NCBI RefSeq assembly: GCF_001194135.2
Contig: NC_068990.1
Location: 1,216,469-1,280,468 of the forward strand
Direction of reading: 5' to 3'
Length of the DNA: 64,000 bases
From: Octopus bimaculoides
Lineage: Eukaryota
The notes under the pieces were generated by a model, which worked only from the letters and a program-made list of their open reading frames with translations, was not told where the DNA came from and searched no databases. A program made the position numbers and the translations under genes. Of the stretch, positions 26,940-40,074 are shown piece by piece; the first letter of the stretch is position 1, and each line of letters starts with the position of its first letter.

Positions 26940-27170
26940 TATATGTGTGTGTGTGTGTGTCTTTGTATCTGTGTCTGTCCTCCCCCATAGCTTGACAACC
27001 GGTGTTGGTATGCTTACATCCCCACAATTAAGTGCTCCAGCAAAAGAGACTGATATGGTAAGAACAAGGCTTCAGCAAGCAAGGACTGGGGAGGTCGGCT
27101 GGTTCAACTAAAAGTCTTCAAGGTGATGCCCCAGCATGGCCACAGTCTAATGACTGAAGCAAGTAAACCA
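26755..27170 (+). mobile_element. SINE family A copy
   Basis: Colinear with 29853-30312. Confidence 0.75.
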
Positions 27171-27849
27171 TCATAACTATTCTCATCACCACCTCTTCAT
27201 CCTCTCAGCACCTCCCTAACACCACCTCTTCATCCTCTCTCTCTGCTTATTGTGATGATGATCATTATCACTATCACCATTATTGTCATCATCATCATCA
27301 ATCACCACCACCATCATCATCATCATCCTCAATCACCATATCATCATCATCATCATCAACTTTGCTGTCATTGCCGTCATCGTTGTCGCCGTTGTCGTCA
27401 TCATCATCGTTATCATCATCATCCTCATCATCACCACCACCATCATCACCATCACCATCGCAACCATCATCCACGTCATAGTGAGAGTTCATGCTGCAAA
27501 AGCATTTAATGAAATAGCCAAGTTTGTCTATCACATCTAATTTCAACGCAATCAGTAGTTAAGGCAGTCACACCACCATTGCTGTCACTTATTCAATTGA
27601 TGCAACTCTAATTAGGTACCACAGTGAGTTAGTACATACAAACCAAAGAGAAAGATAGCCCCTGGCTTGAGCAGATAGGGACCATCTTTCTCAGCTGACA
27701 ACTTTTTTTCCAACTATTTCTTTGATCACCCTTTTTCAGAAGATCAGGAGTAGTGTCTATGACTGTGGACATGGCCTTTGCTGGGCCTTCATTCCTGATG
27801 GGGAAAGAGAGGGATAGAAAGAAGAAACTCTGATTTATGCTGCTACTGT

Positions 27850-28600
27850 GAGGAGCATTGTATCAAAATAGCGAGTTATTCTCACAATCCAAATGTTATC
27901 AACAAAATGGACTCTTTGCAAATGCACCCAACGACCAGGTTGTGATGATAAATGTCCATCCAGCAAATATCATCCATCCATTTGTATCATATTTCATATT
28001 GCCTGCTTCTAGCAGATCAAAAATTTCATGCTGGTGATAATCATGTAAACCAACTATTATGTGTTTCATGGTTGGACTGTCATTGATTAAATGGGCAATG
28101 CTATTGAAAGACCTCACCCTAATATATGGAACAGACACACTCGGCAGTTTCATAAAAGCCCCATGGGGACCCCATGCAAATCAAGGAACCCCATGCAAAT
28201 CTATGTATGCTGTAGTTAACCATCAATGCTAAAGCCTCCAGTTCATTGCTTTGCTTGGGGTGGGGGAGAGACTATTATGAGATTAAGATGGCTGTGACTG
28301 ACAGGACATAAAATAATACCTGCAAACTAGGGCTGATGAATTCAAAAACGTGTCAACAATTATCTATCAAATCTACGGAATCTACAAATGAAGCAGGACA
28401 TCAAAGCTTTTAAGCCTGGCATTGCTGACTTGGCAGTTCCTGTGCTTGATTGTTTCTCTCTGATGTATAGGCCTTGCATTCGATCTAACCCAAAGAAATT
28501 TGGATGAGAAAAGACCTTGATAAATGGAGGACCACCCAAGGTGACTTAAATCTGTCCTGGCTAGGTGCATGGTCCGAAATGAACTGATTGCCATTGCTCT
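27850..28600 (-). mobile_element. Degenerate Penelope-like reverse transcriptase relic
   Basis: Minus-strand motifs in the expected order: ARLKSFDV..L..IP (about 28396-28411), a G-x-x-M/I-G-like stretch, and I*YKWMDDIC (about 27965-27990; YxDD-like). Many stops; motif spacing is longer than typical. Confidence 0.42.
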
Positions 28601-29516
28601 TTTTGAAATAAAATTACTTTTAAATGTGCAGGTGATATATATTCAGGTTGGTAAGCTATTGGAATATATATCTGTTCAGAAATCGTTATTTATTTCTTTG
28701 GGTAATTCCAGAGATTCTGTTAGTCTACATTGCTTCGGTTGTCACTGCTGCTGTTGTTATTATTGTTTAGCCCTAGGCCATTCCGTCTGAGCTGCCACAT
28801 TTTTATTTACTTGAATAATACATACTAACATGGAAAAACAGATGTAAAAAGGAATAAACAAACTCACAAACTTATTCTTGAATCATTCAAGTTAAAAATT
28901 AATCAATTTTTCTTTCAAATAAAACAGAAATTAGCACTTTCTAGTAATTTTAATTTTTTTTTTTTTCCAGTACATTATTGAACAAATATCACTATAGATT
29001 TTATTTCAAATTTGGAATGTAAATAAAGAAAACAATTTTATATACAAAATTTTTGAAGATTTATTTTATATTTGTTTATTGTACGATGCTATTCAAAAAA
29101 TATTGAAAATCCTCTTTCTAAAATTAAAATACAATTCAACAACTGAAATTTCAATATTCAAAATATATTTTCTTTGCAATGGTCTTGTGGTTAGGGTGGT
29201 GGGTGAGCTCATCAGAATCGGACTATGTCTTTGTTTCCTGGACTGAATTGTGACCTTGAGGAAAATGCCCTTGAAGAAGATGCCTCGTTTTACATGGCTC
29301 CAGCTTACTCAGCTAACAAGGAAGACCACCCTAATGCTGGTGCAGCCCTCTCTTCTTGCAGCTGTGATATTCCATTGGGGTCAAAAGGTTAAAGGATGGA
29401 AGAGCTGAGACTATGTATCTATGTCTACTTGTGTCACTATAGGCGTCTAAAACGATTAGCAGGAGTATGGTTCAAGTTACCCAGTTTCTCTCACTAGTGA
29501 GTGACAGTTTGTGGTT

Positions 29517-29553
<37 letters not shown>

Positions 29554-29852
29554 AGGAAAGAGAGAAAGAAAGAGAGAGAGAAGGAAGTAGAATGGAGCCT
29601 AATAGTGGAGTGGTACTTTATTTATTGACCCCACCTCAAAGGATCAAAGGCAAATTTGATTTTGATGGGATTTGAACACATGACACAGAAACTTGGAACA
29701 AGGTATTCTATCAAACACTCCGCTGACTTTACCAAGTTTGTTGCCTGCTGGATAAAGGAGTGTTTCATCTTTTATCTCTTACTTGTTTCAGTCAGTGAAG
29801 TGCGACCATGCTGGGGCACTGCCTTGAAGGGTTTTTGACAAACATGGGCATA

Positions 29853-30312
29853 GGAGTGGCTGTGTGGTAAGTAGCTTACTTACAAATCACATGGTTCCGG
29901 GTTCAGTCCCACTGCATGGCACCTTGGGCAAGTATCTTCTACTATAGCCTCGGGCCGACCAAAGCCTTGTGAGTGGATTNNNNNNNNNNGGCAAGTATCT
30001 TCTACTATAGCCTCGGGCCGACCAAAGCCTTGTGAGTGGATTTGGTAGACGGAAACTGAAAGAAGCCCGTCATATATATATATATATATTATGTATGTGT
30101 GTGTATATGTTTGTGTGTCTGTATTTGTCCCCCTCAACATCGCTTGACAACCGATGCTGGTGTGTTTACGTCCCCGTAACTTAGCTGTTCGGCAAACCAG
30201 ACCGATAGAATAAGTACTAGGCTTCTAATGAATAAGTCCTGGGGTCAATTTACTCAACTAAAAGCAGTACTCCAGCATGGCCACAGTCAAATGACTGAAA
30301 CAAGTAAAAGAG
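29853..30312 (+). mobile_element. tRNA-derived SINE family A (bipartite, internal TA/TG microsatellite); best-preserved copy
   Basis: Head gtggctgtgtggtaag...ggttcagtcccactgcatggcaccttgggcaag and tail ccagcatggccacagtcaaatgactgaaacaagtaaaag. Related copies near 640-830, 1395-1955, 19270-19445, 26755-27170, 31850-32670, 33430-33860, 36415-36720, 40265-40580, 49810-50065, 51175-51350 and 58900-59045. Confidence 0.8.
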
Positions 30313-30369
30313 TAAAACATGTCAACATACTAACAGACATATACTCAAAGTCCAAATAGTTACATATGT

Positions 30370-30412
<43 letters not shown>

Positions 30413-30864
30413 TGTGTGTGTGTGTGTGTGTACACACATATATGAAGAAAAAAAAGAAAGAAAAATGCCAACTAGGGGAGATTAAATGGCTGCATCTGAA
30501 ATGATGGTTGAATGACGAAAAATTTGAGATACACAGGAATAACATTGACAAGAACATCAACAACAACCGTCACTACCACTGCCACCACAACAGCAATGAC
30601 TACAACATAGCTAAAAGTTTAATAAAAAATTATGGCTTTATAAAACAAATCAATTGTCTATATTTATGTATGATTTGATCCTTTTTATTTTTCACAGTTT
30701 TCTTTTTTGTTTTATTATCAAAATACGTGTCCATCTGTGTGATATTTATATAACTTATTCTTGACCTTTGACATCTAGTCATTACTATTAATGTTTCATC
30801 AAAGAAGTTGTGAGTAGAAAGTAGTGTATTAACTGTTTTGTTGTTATTGTTGTTGTTGTTATTG

Positions 30865-30904
<40 letters not shown>

Positions 30905-30989
30905 GAATGGCTACAATGTTGAACTGAAGCATCCGATTGTCTACTGGAACTTGTATAGGTTACATCCAATAATAGTATTATCGATGACC

Positions 30990-31670
30990 CAAACTTAGGC
31001 ACCAAACTGGCGGAATCGTTTGCACACTGGACAAAATACTTTCTGGCATTTCTTCTGGTTTTACGTTCTGCATTCAAAAAAATCTGTTGAGGTCAACTTT
31101 GCCTTTTATCCTGTCCTAAAGGATTGATGAAACGAATACCAGTTGAGCAGTGGGGTCAATGTAATCGACTAGTTCTCTCCCCCAAAGTTTCAGGCCTTGT
31201 GCTTAAAACAGAAAGGATTATTATTACTATTATTATTATTATTTGAGCCGGTGAGCTGGCAGAATTGTTAGCATGCCAGGCAAAACGCTTAGTGGCACAT
31301 CGTCTGTCTTTATGTTCTGAGTTCAAATTCCGTGGTGGTCAACTTTGCCTTTCATCCTTCCAGTGTCATTAAATTAAGTACAAGTGAAACACTGGGGTCA
31401 ATGTAATTGACTAGTCCCCCCCACAAAATTTCAGGCCTTGTGCCTTTATTAGAAAACATTATTATTATTATTACTATTATTAAGGCAGAATTGTTAGTGT
31501 GCTGGGCAAAATGCTTAGTGGTATTTCATCTATCCTTACATTCTGAGTTCAAATTCTATCAAAGTCAACTTCGCCTTTTATCTTTTTGGGGTCGATAACA
31601 ATAAGTACTAGTTGAGCACTGGGGTTGGTGTAAGCGAAAAAATTTCAGGCCTTGTGCTTTTAGTAGAAAC
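30990..31670 (+). mobile_element. Three head-to-tail SINE family B copies separated by (ATT)n
   Basis: The same gtcaactttgcctttt/cat ... ggccttgtgc module occurs at about 31090, 31340 and 31565. Confidence 0.75.
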
Positions 31671-32069
31671 GATTATAAGTATCATTATTATTATTACATT
31701 TTTTTCTCAGAATCTCTTGGTGTAGGGCTTAGAATAAAATATATTATGCCTGGTGTAATATCCCTCAATGGTGTAATATCACGTTGTACAAATTTATAGC
31801 ACAGATTCATTGTGTGCTGTGTTGATCATTTAAATCTCTTTTTTACTTTTTCTTTTACCTTGCTTCTGCCATTAGACTTTGGCCATGTTGGGGCATCACC
31901 TTGAAGAATTTTAGTTGAATGGATTGGCCCCTGTGTTTATGTTTTAAAGCCTGGTGCTTATTCTATTGACCTCTTGTGCTGGACTTCTAAGTTACAGGGG
32001 TGTAAACACACCAACACTAGTTGTCAAGCCATGGTGGGGGACAAACACAGACACACAAACATATACACA

Positions 32070-32124
<55 letters not shown>

Positions 32125-32155
32125 GATGGGCTTCACATCCTTATATATATAAAAT

Positions 32156-32499
32156 ATATGGTATAATTATAAACATGGCAAATTTTAGCCATTTCCTCTG
32201 TAGACTGAAAAAAAAATGATGAACAACCGTAATCAAATTTTCAAACCTTAATGGGTTCTCATCAGAGGCATCCACATAATTATGACAGTCGCCAGAGAAA
32301 CAAGCAACCAAACTGTTTATATACTCAACAAATGCAGCAGTTACTCTATGAAGGAGTTCCTAATTTGCATACCGAAAGTGTTTAACACTGTATAAATACC
32401 AGTGGCCTGTCAACAGGGATCTTAGTCCACACAGTATCAAGGTATGATATAATATGTATGTGACATATGATATAGTTATAAACGGGGCAAATTTTAACC
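32156..32499 (-). mobile_element. Small unit bounded by direct repeats, with an eroded hammerhead (PLE pLTR or retrozyme-like)
   Basis: 35-bp direct repeats at 32156-32190 and 32465-32499 (30/35 identical, period 309). Inside, the minus strand reads CTGATGA-gaacc-cattaa-ggttt-GAAA at 32239-32265. The unit interrupts a SINE. Confidence 0.5.
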
Positions 32500-34056
32500 A
32501 TATATATATATATGATGGGCTTCTCTCAGTTTCCATCTACCAAATCCACTCACAAGCCTTCGGTTGGTCCAAAGCTATGGTGGAAGATGCCTAAGGTGCC
32601 ATGCAGTGGAACTGAACCCAGGACCATGTGGTTGGGAAGCAAACTTCTTACCACTCTGCTGTACCTGCACCTATCTGCACGAGTTTTAAAATAATTACAT
32701 CTGCAAAACACATGTCTTCATCTTTTTTCCCTCTTTAAGAACCATTATCCTCTGAACTGCAAATGCAAAACTTGAGAGGAAAGAAAGGAGTGAAGGGAAC
32801 TTCCAGGTTCAGACAAGAAACCTTGCAAGTGTTGAAGATACAATAAGCGCTACCGACTTTAGCAAACCTTTTAACTGGGCTGAACCTGACATACTAGCTA
32901 GTAAAACATCATCGTTTGGCCCTTAGGCACCTTCAATGGAGTTCTCTCTTTTGTAGAGATCCTTTATTAACTTGTCACTACTTGCTTTTGCTTAGCCGTT
33001 GATTGGCTGTGATTGGTTTATATTCAAAAACAGCAAATGTCAAACAATCATGCATTCCGTGCTATGTGAAGCCATTATTTGAATTGTAAGTAATTTTATA
33101 AAATAACTTAGACATGCCATCTGCAAGAAAACACAATAGCTAAGTTAATAGTTATTTAATGTAGGATACATTAAAAAGTGAACTGGGAATAATTATACAG
33201 TGAGAAGTTAATGACTATTATTACCTTTTCAGCAAGTATGGGAGATAATTGCAGCCATGTTTCCATCTTTCTGTCTTTCTAATAGTGACTCTCAAGTATT
33301 TATAATCTAAGTAATTCTATTTTTTTTTCACTCCAGCTTCAGTAAACAATTGTAAACTGTGTAATTTGAAATGATTTAAACATGCAGGACAATTCTGTAG
33401 ACTAAGTAATCAGCTGATATTGTGTTTTTTTTATCTTTTACTTGTTTCAATCATTGGACTGTGGCCATGCTGGGGCACCACCTTGAAGGGTTTTTAGTCA
33501 AATGAATTGAGCTCAGTACTTATGTTTGAAACCTAGGACTTATTCTATCAATTTATTTGCTGAACTGCTAAGTTATGGGGATGTAAACAAACCAATACTG
33601 GTTTCCAAACAATGGTAGGCAACAAACACAAGCACAGGCTTCCACATGCACAGATGTGCACACACACACATACACACACACACGCACATACACATGCACG
33701 TGCACACACACACACACACGCACACACACACAATGAGATTCTTTCAGTTTCCATCTATGAAACCCATTCACAAGGCTTTGGTAGTCCCAGGGCTATAGTA
33801 GAAGAGACTTGTCTAAGATGCACATTGTGGGACTGAACTCAGAACCATAAGTTTGAGAAGTTATTAGTTAAACTGAATTAAATACACTGTACAAGTATAA
33901 GGAATTTGTTTTATATAATCTTTACATGGACGGTAAACGAAGGATCTACCTGACTGGTTTCAATATTTTTTGTGATCTTATAAGGAAGTGAGCATCTATG
34001 TATGTACTACAACATTTAATAAGTGATTTTAAAATCACACCTTTGGCAAGTTTGAT

Positions 34057-34117
34057 GGAGGTGTTTGTTTTACTGATGAGGTTATAATAAGAGTGAAACA
34101 TGTCTCATATCATCTCC
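34057..34117 (+). ncRNA. Eroded hammerhead ribozyme motif
   Basis: CTGATGA (34073-34079), then GAAACATGTC with palindromic ACATGT and a GUC triplet; distal stem I ggaggtg/catctcc. Stem II and proximal stem I pair poorly. Confidence 0.45.
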
Positions 34118-35170
34118 AGTACTTTCAAAAATAAGTGAAATAATGTTACTCCTTGAATAATATTGTTTTCATTCTTTTTTTCTACTTTGCTGCATAAATA
34201 TTTCCAGTTTAGCTTTTTGCTGCTTTCTGCATTGGATATCTTAACATCGACTTAGCTAATATATTAATAATTCTGTGAGTTTTGTTTCTGAAAGCAAGTT
34301 ATTTCCCATAATTCTCCCATTCAAACATCTGGAAATGTGATGCTCGAATTGACATGGTTGAGGCTAGCCACTTTCATTTCGATCTGGTTTCTGTCTTTCT
34401 CTGTCCACATACCACAACTACCACCACAAACACCAAAACACCACCACCACCACCACTTCAACCATCATAACCCTCAAAATGGAAAATGTTACCAGAATGG
34501 CCTAGATCTTCAATTCAGAAATATCAATATTGGTGTCTGTGATTCTGCTTTAAAGGAGTTTTTTTTTGTTCTTTTTTTCAATGGAACATCAAAGCAAGAA
34601 GTTATATTAGTATGACTGTATACACATATATATATATATATATGTATGTATATATATATNNNNNNNNNNNNNNNNNNNNNNNNNNNNNNNNNNNNNNNNN
34701 NNNNNNNNNNNNNNNNNNNNNNNNNNNNNNNNNNNNNNNNNNNNNNNNNNNNNNNNNNNNNNNNNNNNNNNNNNNNNNNNNNNNNNNNNNNNNNNNNNNN
34801 NNNNNNNNNNNNNNNNNNNNNNNNNNNNNNNNNNNNNNNNNNNNNNNNNNNNNNNNNNNNNNNNNNNNNNNNNNNNNNNNNNNNNNNNNNNNNNNNNNNN
34901 NNNNNNNNNNNNNNNNNNNNNNNNNNNNNNNNNNNNNNNNNNNNNNNNNNNNNNNNNNNNNNNNNNNNNNNNNNNNNNNNNNNNNNNNNNNNNNNNNNNN
35001 NNNNNNNNNNNNNNNNNNNNNNNNNNNNNNNNNNNNNNNNNNNNNNNNNNNNNNNNNNNNNNNNNNNNNNNNNNNNNNNNNNNNNNNNNNNNNNNNNNNN
35101 NNNNNNNNNNNNNNNNNNNNNNNNNNNNNNNNNNNNNNNNNNNNNNNNNNNNNNNNNNNNNNNNNNNNNN

Positions 35171-35247
<77 letters not shown>

Positions 35248-35909
35248 CATACACACAGTATATATATGTATATACATATATATATACATACATGCATACA
35301 TATATATATATATATATACACACATGTATATATACACACATATATATATATATATACAGACATATATATATACACATACATACACACTCATACACACTTA
35401 CACGCACTCACGCATACATGCACACACACACGCACACATACATGCTACAAAGGTTAAAAATTTTAAATGAGTTTCTCTGCAAAGTATATACTACAACAAT
35501 TATGTCTATTTAGAAGATGAAGTTTAGAAAATTCTTGTTTATTTTTTCCATTCCATTTATATATATATATATATATATGTGGAATATTCAGATCACATGT
35601 AGCATTGTAATTGTTTGCCCAAGATCTTCATTTTGTTTGTAGATTATTACTTAAATTCTTTGTAACCTAATGAAGCAAACCAATAATTACTGGTTCCAAA
35701 TTTTGGCACAATGCCAGTAATTCGGAGGCAAGGGTGTAAGTCAGTTGCATCAATCCCAGTGCTGAACTGGTACTCATTTTATTGAACCTGAAAGGATGAA
35801 AGGTGGAATCAGTCCTGACAGCATTTGAACTCGGAACATAAATTCTAAAGAAATTTTGCTGAGCATTTTTTTCCAAGGCACTGACCATTCTGCCAGCTTG
35901 TTGTCTTAA

Positions 35910-36132
35910 CCCTTTCGCATTTAAACGATCTATATTCAGCCCAAATGTTCTACTTGTTTTATGTTCAAAGTGGTCTGGTCTGGCCTCTCACACTTTTCCT
36001 GCAATGTCATTCTAAAAGATAAGCAATCCCATTTTTAAAACCGTGAAGCTATAAGCTAATACAGTATTAATTTTTACAAAACGTGAACTAAATAAGCATT
36101 ACATTTGACAAAATAATTTGAATGCTAAAGGG
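35910..36132. mobile_element. piggyBac-like MITE
   Basis: TTAA|CCCTTTCGCATT ... AATGCTAAAGGG|TTAA. Confidence 0.75.
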
Positions 36133-37650
36133 TTAAGTAAACTGGTTCCAAATTTTGGCAGAATGTCAGTAATTTTGGCACAAAGTCTACAATTTTGGTG
36201 GAGTGGGGGTACATCGATTACATCGATCCCAGTGTTCAACTGGAACTTTGTTTATCAATACTGAAAGGATGAGAAGCAAAGTCAAGTCAGTGGGATTTGA
36301 ACTCTGGAAATAAAGTTGGAAGAAATACCACTGAGGGTATTTTTTTTCTGAGGCACTAACAATTCTCTCAGTTTGCCAGCATAAGTAGACCAATAATTAT
36401 TAGCACAAAGAATAGGTGCAAGCATGACTATGTGGTTAAGAAGCTTGTTTTGCATCCACATGGCTTCAGGCTCAATCCCACTGCCTGGCATCTTTGGCAA
36501 GTGTCTTCTATAATAACCCCAGGCTGACCAAAGTAGATTTGATAAAAAGAAACTGAAAGAAGACCATTATACATATTGTGCATGAGTGTGTGTGCATGAT
36601 TGTATGTGTATGTGCATGAGTATGTGTGGTTGTATGTGCATTTGTGTGTGTATGTGAGTGTTCATGTCTCCTTGTCTTGACATCGTGTGATAAGTGTAAA
36701 TGAGTTTCATCATCATACAAGCAGTGACATTTTTTCCCAGTCTTCCATGAAAATGTGTCCAGCTTTGGAGAAATATTACATTTCTTGGAAGCAGGTTGGT
36801 GACAGGAAGAGCACCAAGCTGTAAAAAATTTGCTTCCAGTGGCATTTGCTTCAGTTGATAATATAGTCCAAGCATTGTAAACAAGACACACTTAAATTAT
36901 CAACAAAACAGTAATTCTTTTTAACTGAAAAGGAAAAAGAAACTTTGAAGAAAGGATAAAATGTTTAGCAGCATTATTTCCTGCTACTCTTCTTGTTTAG
37001 TATTCAACGATTGGACGATGTTACATGATTTGTAGAAAGACATTGGCTACTCTTAAAACAACCGACATTTACTTCAGTTCTCATCTTGACTCGTGTCATT
37101 GGCTGCAACAAAACGACCACATAAGAACATTCTAAAATCTTGGAATGTTTTAAAAAATTCTAAAGCATGAAAATTTATTGCTTGTAAAATATATACAACA
37201 AAATGGTAATTAAATCAGATTTATTAATCTTAGTAATCACAGGTATTATCTGTTCTATAGCTCTACATGTGTGAAATCTTCTAATGTCTACAAAACTTCA
37301 AATTTAGTTTTGTACATTACTGACTATATATANNNNNNNNNNTTGCTATGTGGTAAGAAGTTATACATGTATATGTAAACCTATTCATATATATGTAAAT
37401 ATGCTTGAGTTTTTGTGTGTATACATGTGCATTTGTGTACTTGTGTTTGTCTCTTATTGTAGCTTAATGGTTAAAAAAAAATGAAACTGAATAAGTACTA
37501 AACTTGAAAGCGTTAGAAACAAGGCTGGTTTGAATGAGAGAGGAAATAAAAAGATAGAAAAAAACAGTAAAATGAAAATTACTTTCTTCAGCTTAGTGTT
37601 TCAGCATGCCGGCAATCCATTGATCACAGCCAATAAAAGAGCACTAGTGA

Positions 37651-37870
37651 GGTGGTGAGCTGGCAGAAACGTTAGCACGCCGGGCAAAATGCTGAGCAGT
37701 ATTTCGTCTGTCTTTACGTTCTGAGTTCAAATTCTGCCAAGGTCAACTTTGCCTTTCATCCTTTCGGGAGTCGATAAATTAAATATCAGTTGTGTTCTGG
37801 GGTCGATCTAATCGACTGCATCTCCCCACCACCCAAAAAAAAATTGGGGCCTTGTGCCTAGAGTAGAAAA
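37651..37870 (+). mobile_element. tRNA-derived SINE family B
   Basis: ggtgagctggcagaaacgttagcacgccgggcaaaatgc...gttcaaattctgccaaggtcaactttgcctttcatcctttcggg...ggccttgtgcc. Related copies near 13545-13760, 18995-19200, 30990-31670, 35680-35900, 36135-36380, 44860-44940 and 56890-57010. Confidence 0.8.
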
Positions 37871-38952
37871 TAATAAAAGGCCAATAGTGTAATATATAAA
37901 GACAGGCTGGTCACAGCCAGAATATTTTTGGTCACAGTTCTGTTGCATGAGACAAACAAGACTTGGAAATAAACATCAACAAGAACAAGAATAATATCCA
38001 CAGCAGCCGGATATTTTGAGAAAAAACCCCACAAAACTGGCACTCTGTTGGTTATGATGATGACGGTTCGAGTTCATCTGATCTATGGAACACCCTGCTC
38101 ATGAAATTAGTATTTAAGTGGCTGAGCACTCAACTGGCACACATACTCTTAATGTAGTTCTCAGGGAAATTCAGCATGATGCAGAAAGGGACTCGGTATT
38201 AGTCATTTTTGTCAGCTGATTTGACTGGAGCAATGTGAAATAAAAAATGTCTTGCTCAAGGACTCAACATGCTTCTTGGAATCGAACTCACGACCTTCTG
38301 ATCATAAGCTGAACACCCCTAACCACTAAGCCACATATGCCTTCACCAACAGCAGCTGTAGCTGGGGCAACATGAACAAGAAAAAACAATTTAGCAATTT
38401 GACCTATTTAGCTCAGAGCAAAACAAACCAATTTTTCCAATTTTCTTTTACGTATTCAAAGAAGGTAATACCTCACAGGTAATATCTCCAACTAAGTAAA
38501 TATCTTACTCACCCATGAGGGATTCCATCGATTCCATTCCATTCCATTCCATTAGAATAAAAATCTGATGAATGATAAAACAGAAAAGGAAAATTACTTC
38601 GAGAATAACTTTTAGTATTTTTCATTTGAAAAAGATAATAAAATAGAATATTAATTTAAATATTTCAAGCAATTTATAAGCACCACTGTGGTATCTAACA
38701 CTACAGAGTTCTATTTGTCTTCCTCTCCATGAAAAACTAAAGAAGGTGAGGAAAACCTATGATAAAATAGTATAATAGAAGAAGATAAAAAAATATTGGA
38801 TTGTGTTCTTTATTGATTTTATCTTTGGTATAAATATTTGATTTATGCTCTGAAAGATATTACAGATTAGAAGTGTATAGATATGTACATACATACATGC
38901 CTACATACATGCATACATACATACATACATACATACATACATACATACATAC

Positions 38953-38984
<32 letters not shown>

Positions 38985-40074
38985 TTATATATATAACATC
39001 ATTGATGTATGTATATATACATCACATGCATGTATGCATGTATGTGTGTGCGCATATGTATGCATCTACATATATGCACATACATACATTTATATACATG
39101 CATTTACATATACCTATACCCACCCGACACATATACACACACATATAGATATGTGTAAATGTAGGTGTTTCGGTTCATGGGTGGTTATATTATGTGCATG
39201 TGTGTGCATGTGTGTATTTAAATGTAAATATGTATTTGTATTTATTTGTTTGTATCTACACATATATATNNNNNNNNNNNNNNNNNNNNNNNNNNNNNNN
39301 NNNNNNNNNNNNNNNNNNNNNNNNNNNNNNNNNNNNNNNNNNNNNNNNNNNNNNNNNNNNNNNNNNNNNNNNNNNNNNNNNNNNNNNNNNNNNNNNNNNN
39401 NNNNNNNNNNNNNNNNNNNNNNNNNNNNNNNNNNNNNNNNNNNNNNNNNNNNNNNNNNNNNNNNNNNNNNNNNNNNNNNNNNNNNNNNNNNNNNNNNNNN
39501 NNNNNNNNNNNNNNNNNNNNNNNNNNNNNNNNNNNNNNNNNNNNNNNNNNNNNNNNNNNNNNNNNNNNNNNNNNNNNNNNNNNNNNNNNNNNNNNNNNNN
39601 NNNNNNNNNNNNNNNNNNNNNNNNNNNNNNNNNNNNNNNNNNNNNNNNNNNNNNNNNNNNNNNNNNNNNNNNNNNNNNNNNNNNNNNNNNNNNNNNNNNN
39701 NNNNNNNNNNNNNNNNNNNNNNNNNNNNNNNNNNNNNNNNNNNNNNNNNNNNNNNNNNNNNNNNNNNNNNNNNNNNNNNNNNNNNNNNNNNNNNNNNNNN
39801 NNNNNNNNNNNNNNNNNNNNNNNNNNNNNNNNNNNNNNNNNNNNNNNNNNNNNNNNNNNNNNNNNNNNNNNNNNNNNNNNNNNNNNNNNNNNNNNNNNNN
39901 NNNNNNNNNNNNNNNNNNNNNNNNNNNNNNNNNNNNNNNNNNNNNNNNNNNNNNNNNNNNNNNNNNNNNNNNNNNNNNNNNNNNNNNNNNNNNNNNNNNN
40001 NNNNNNNNNNNNNNNNNNNNNNNNNNNNNNNNNNNNNNNNNNNNNNNNNNNNNNNNNNNTATATAAGCATTCTT

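Noticed and set aside
29927-30042. 53-bp duplication across a 10-N gap inside a SINE
   Set aside because: Identical sequence on either side of a placeholder gap; assembly artefact.
31711-31770. SLGVGLRIKYIMPG, superficially like the expected next CFAP65 exon (CVGLRATLP)
   Set aside because: Wrong phase for the phase-0 donor at 11239, no good donor, and a stop follows soon after.
32890-32940. Minus-strand TGAAGG-tgcc-taag-ggc-CAAAC hammerhead-like string
   Set aside because: Several core positions differ and there is no stem I.
38512-38564. Minus-strand micro-exon candidate with a GG|GTGAGT donor
   Set aside because: Mostly (GGAAT)n repeat; no recognisable protein or neighbouring exons.
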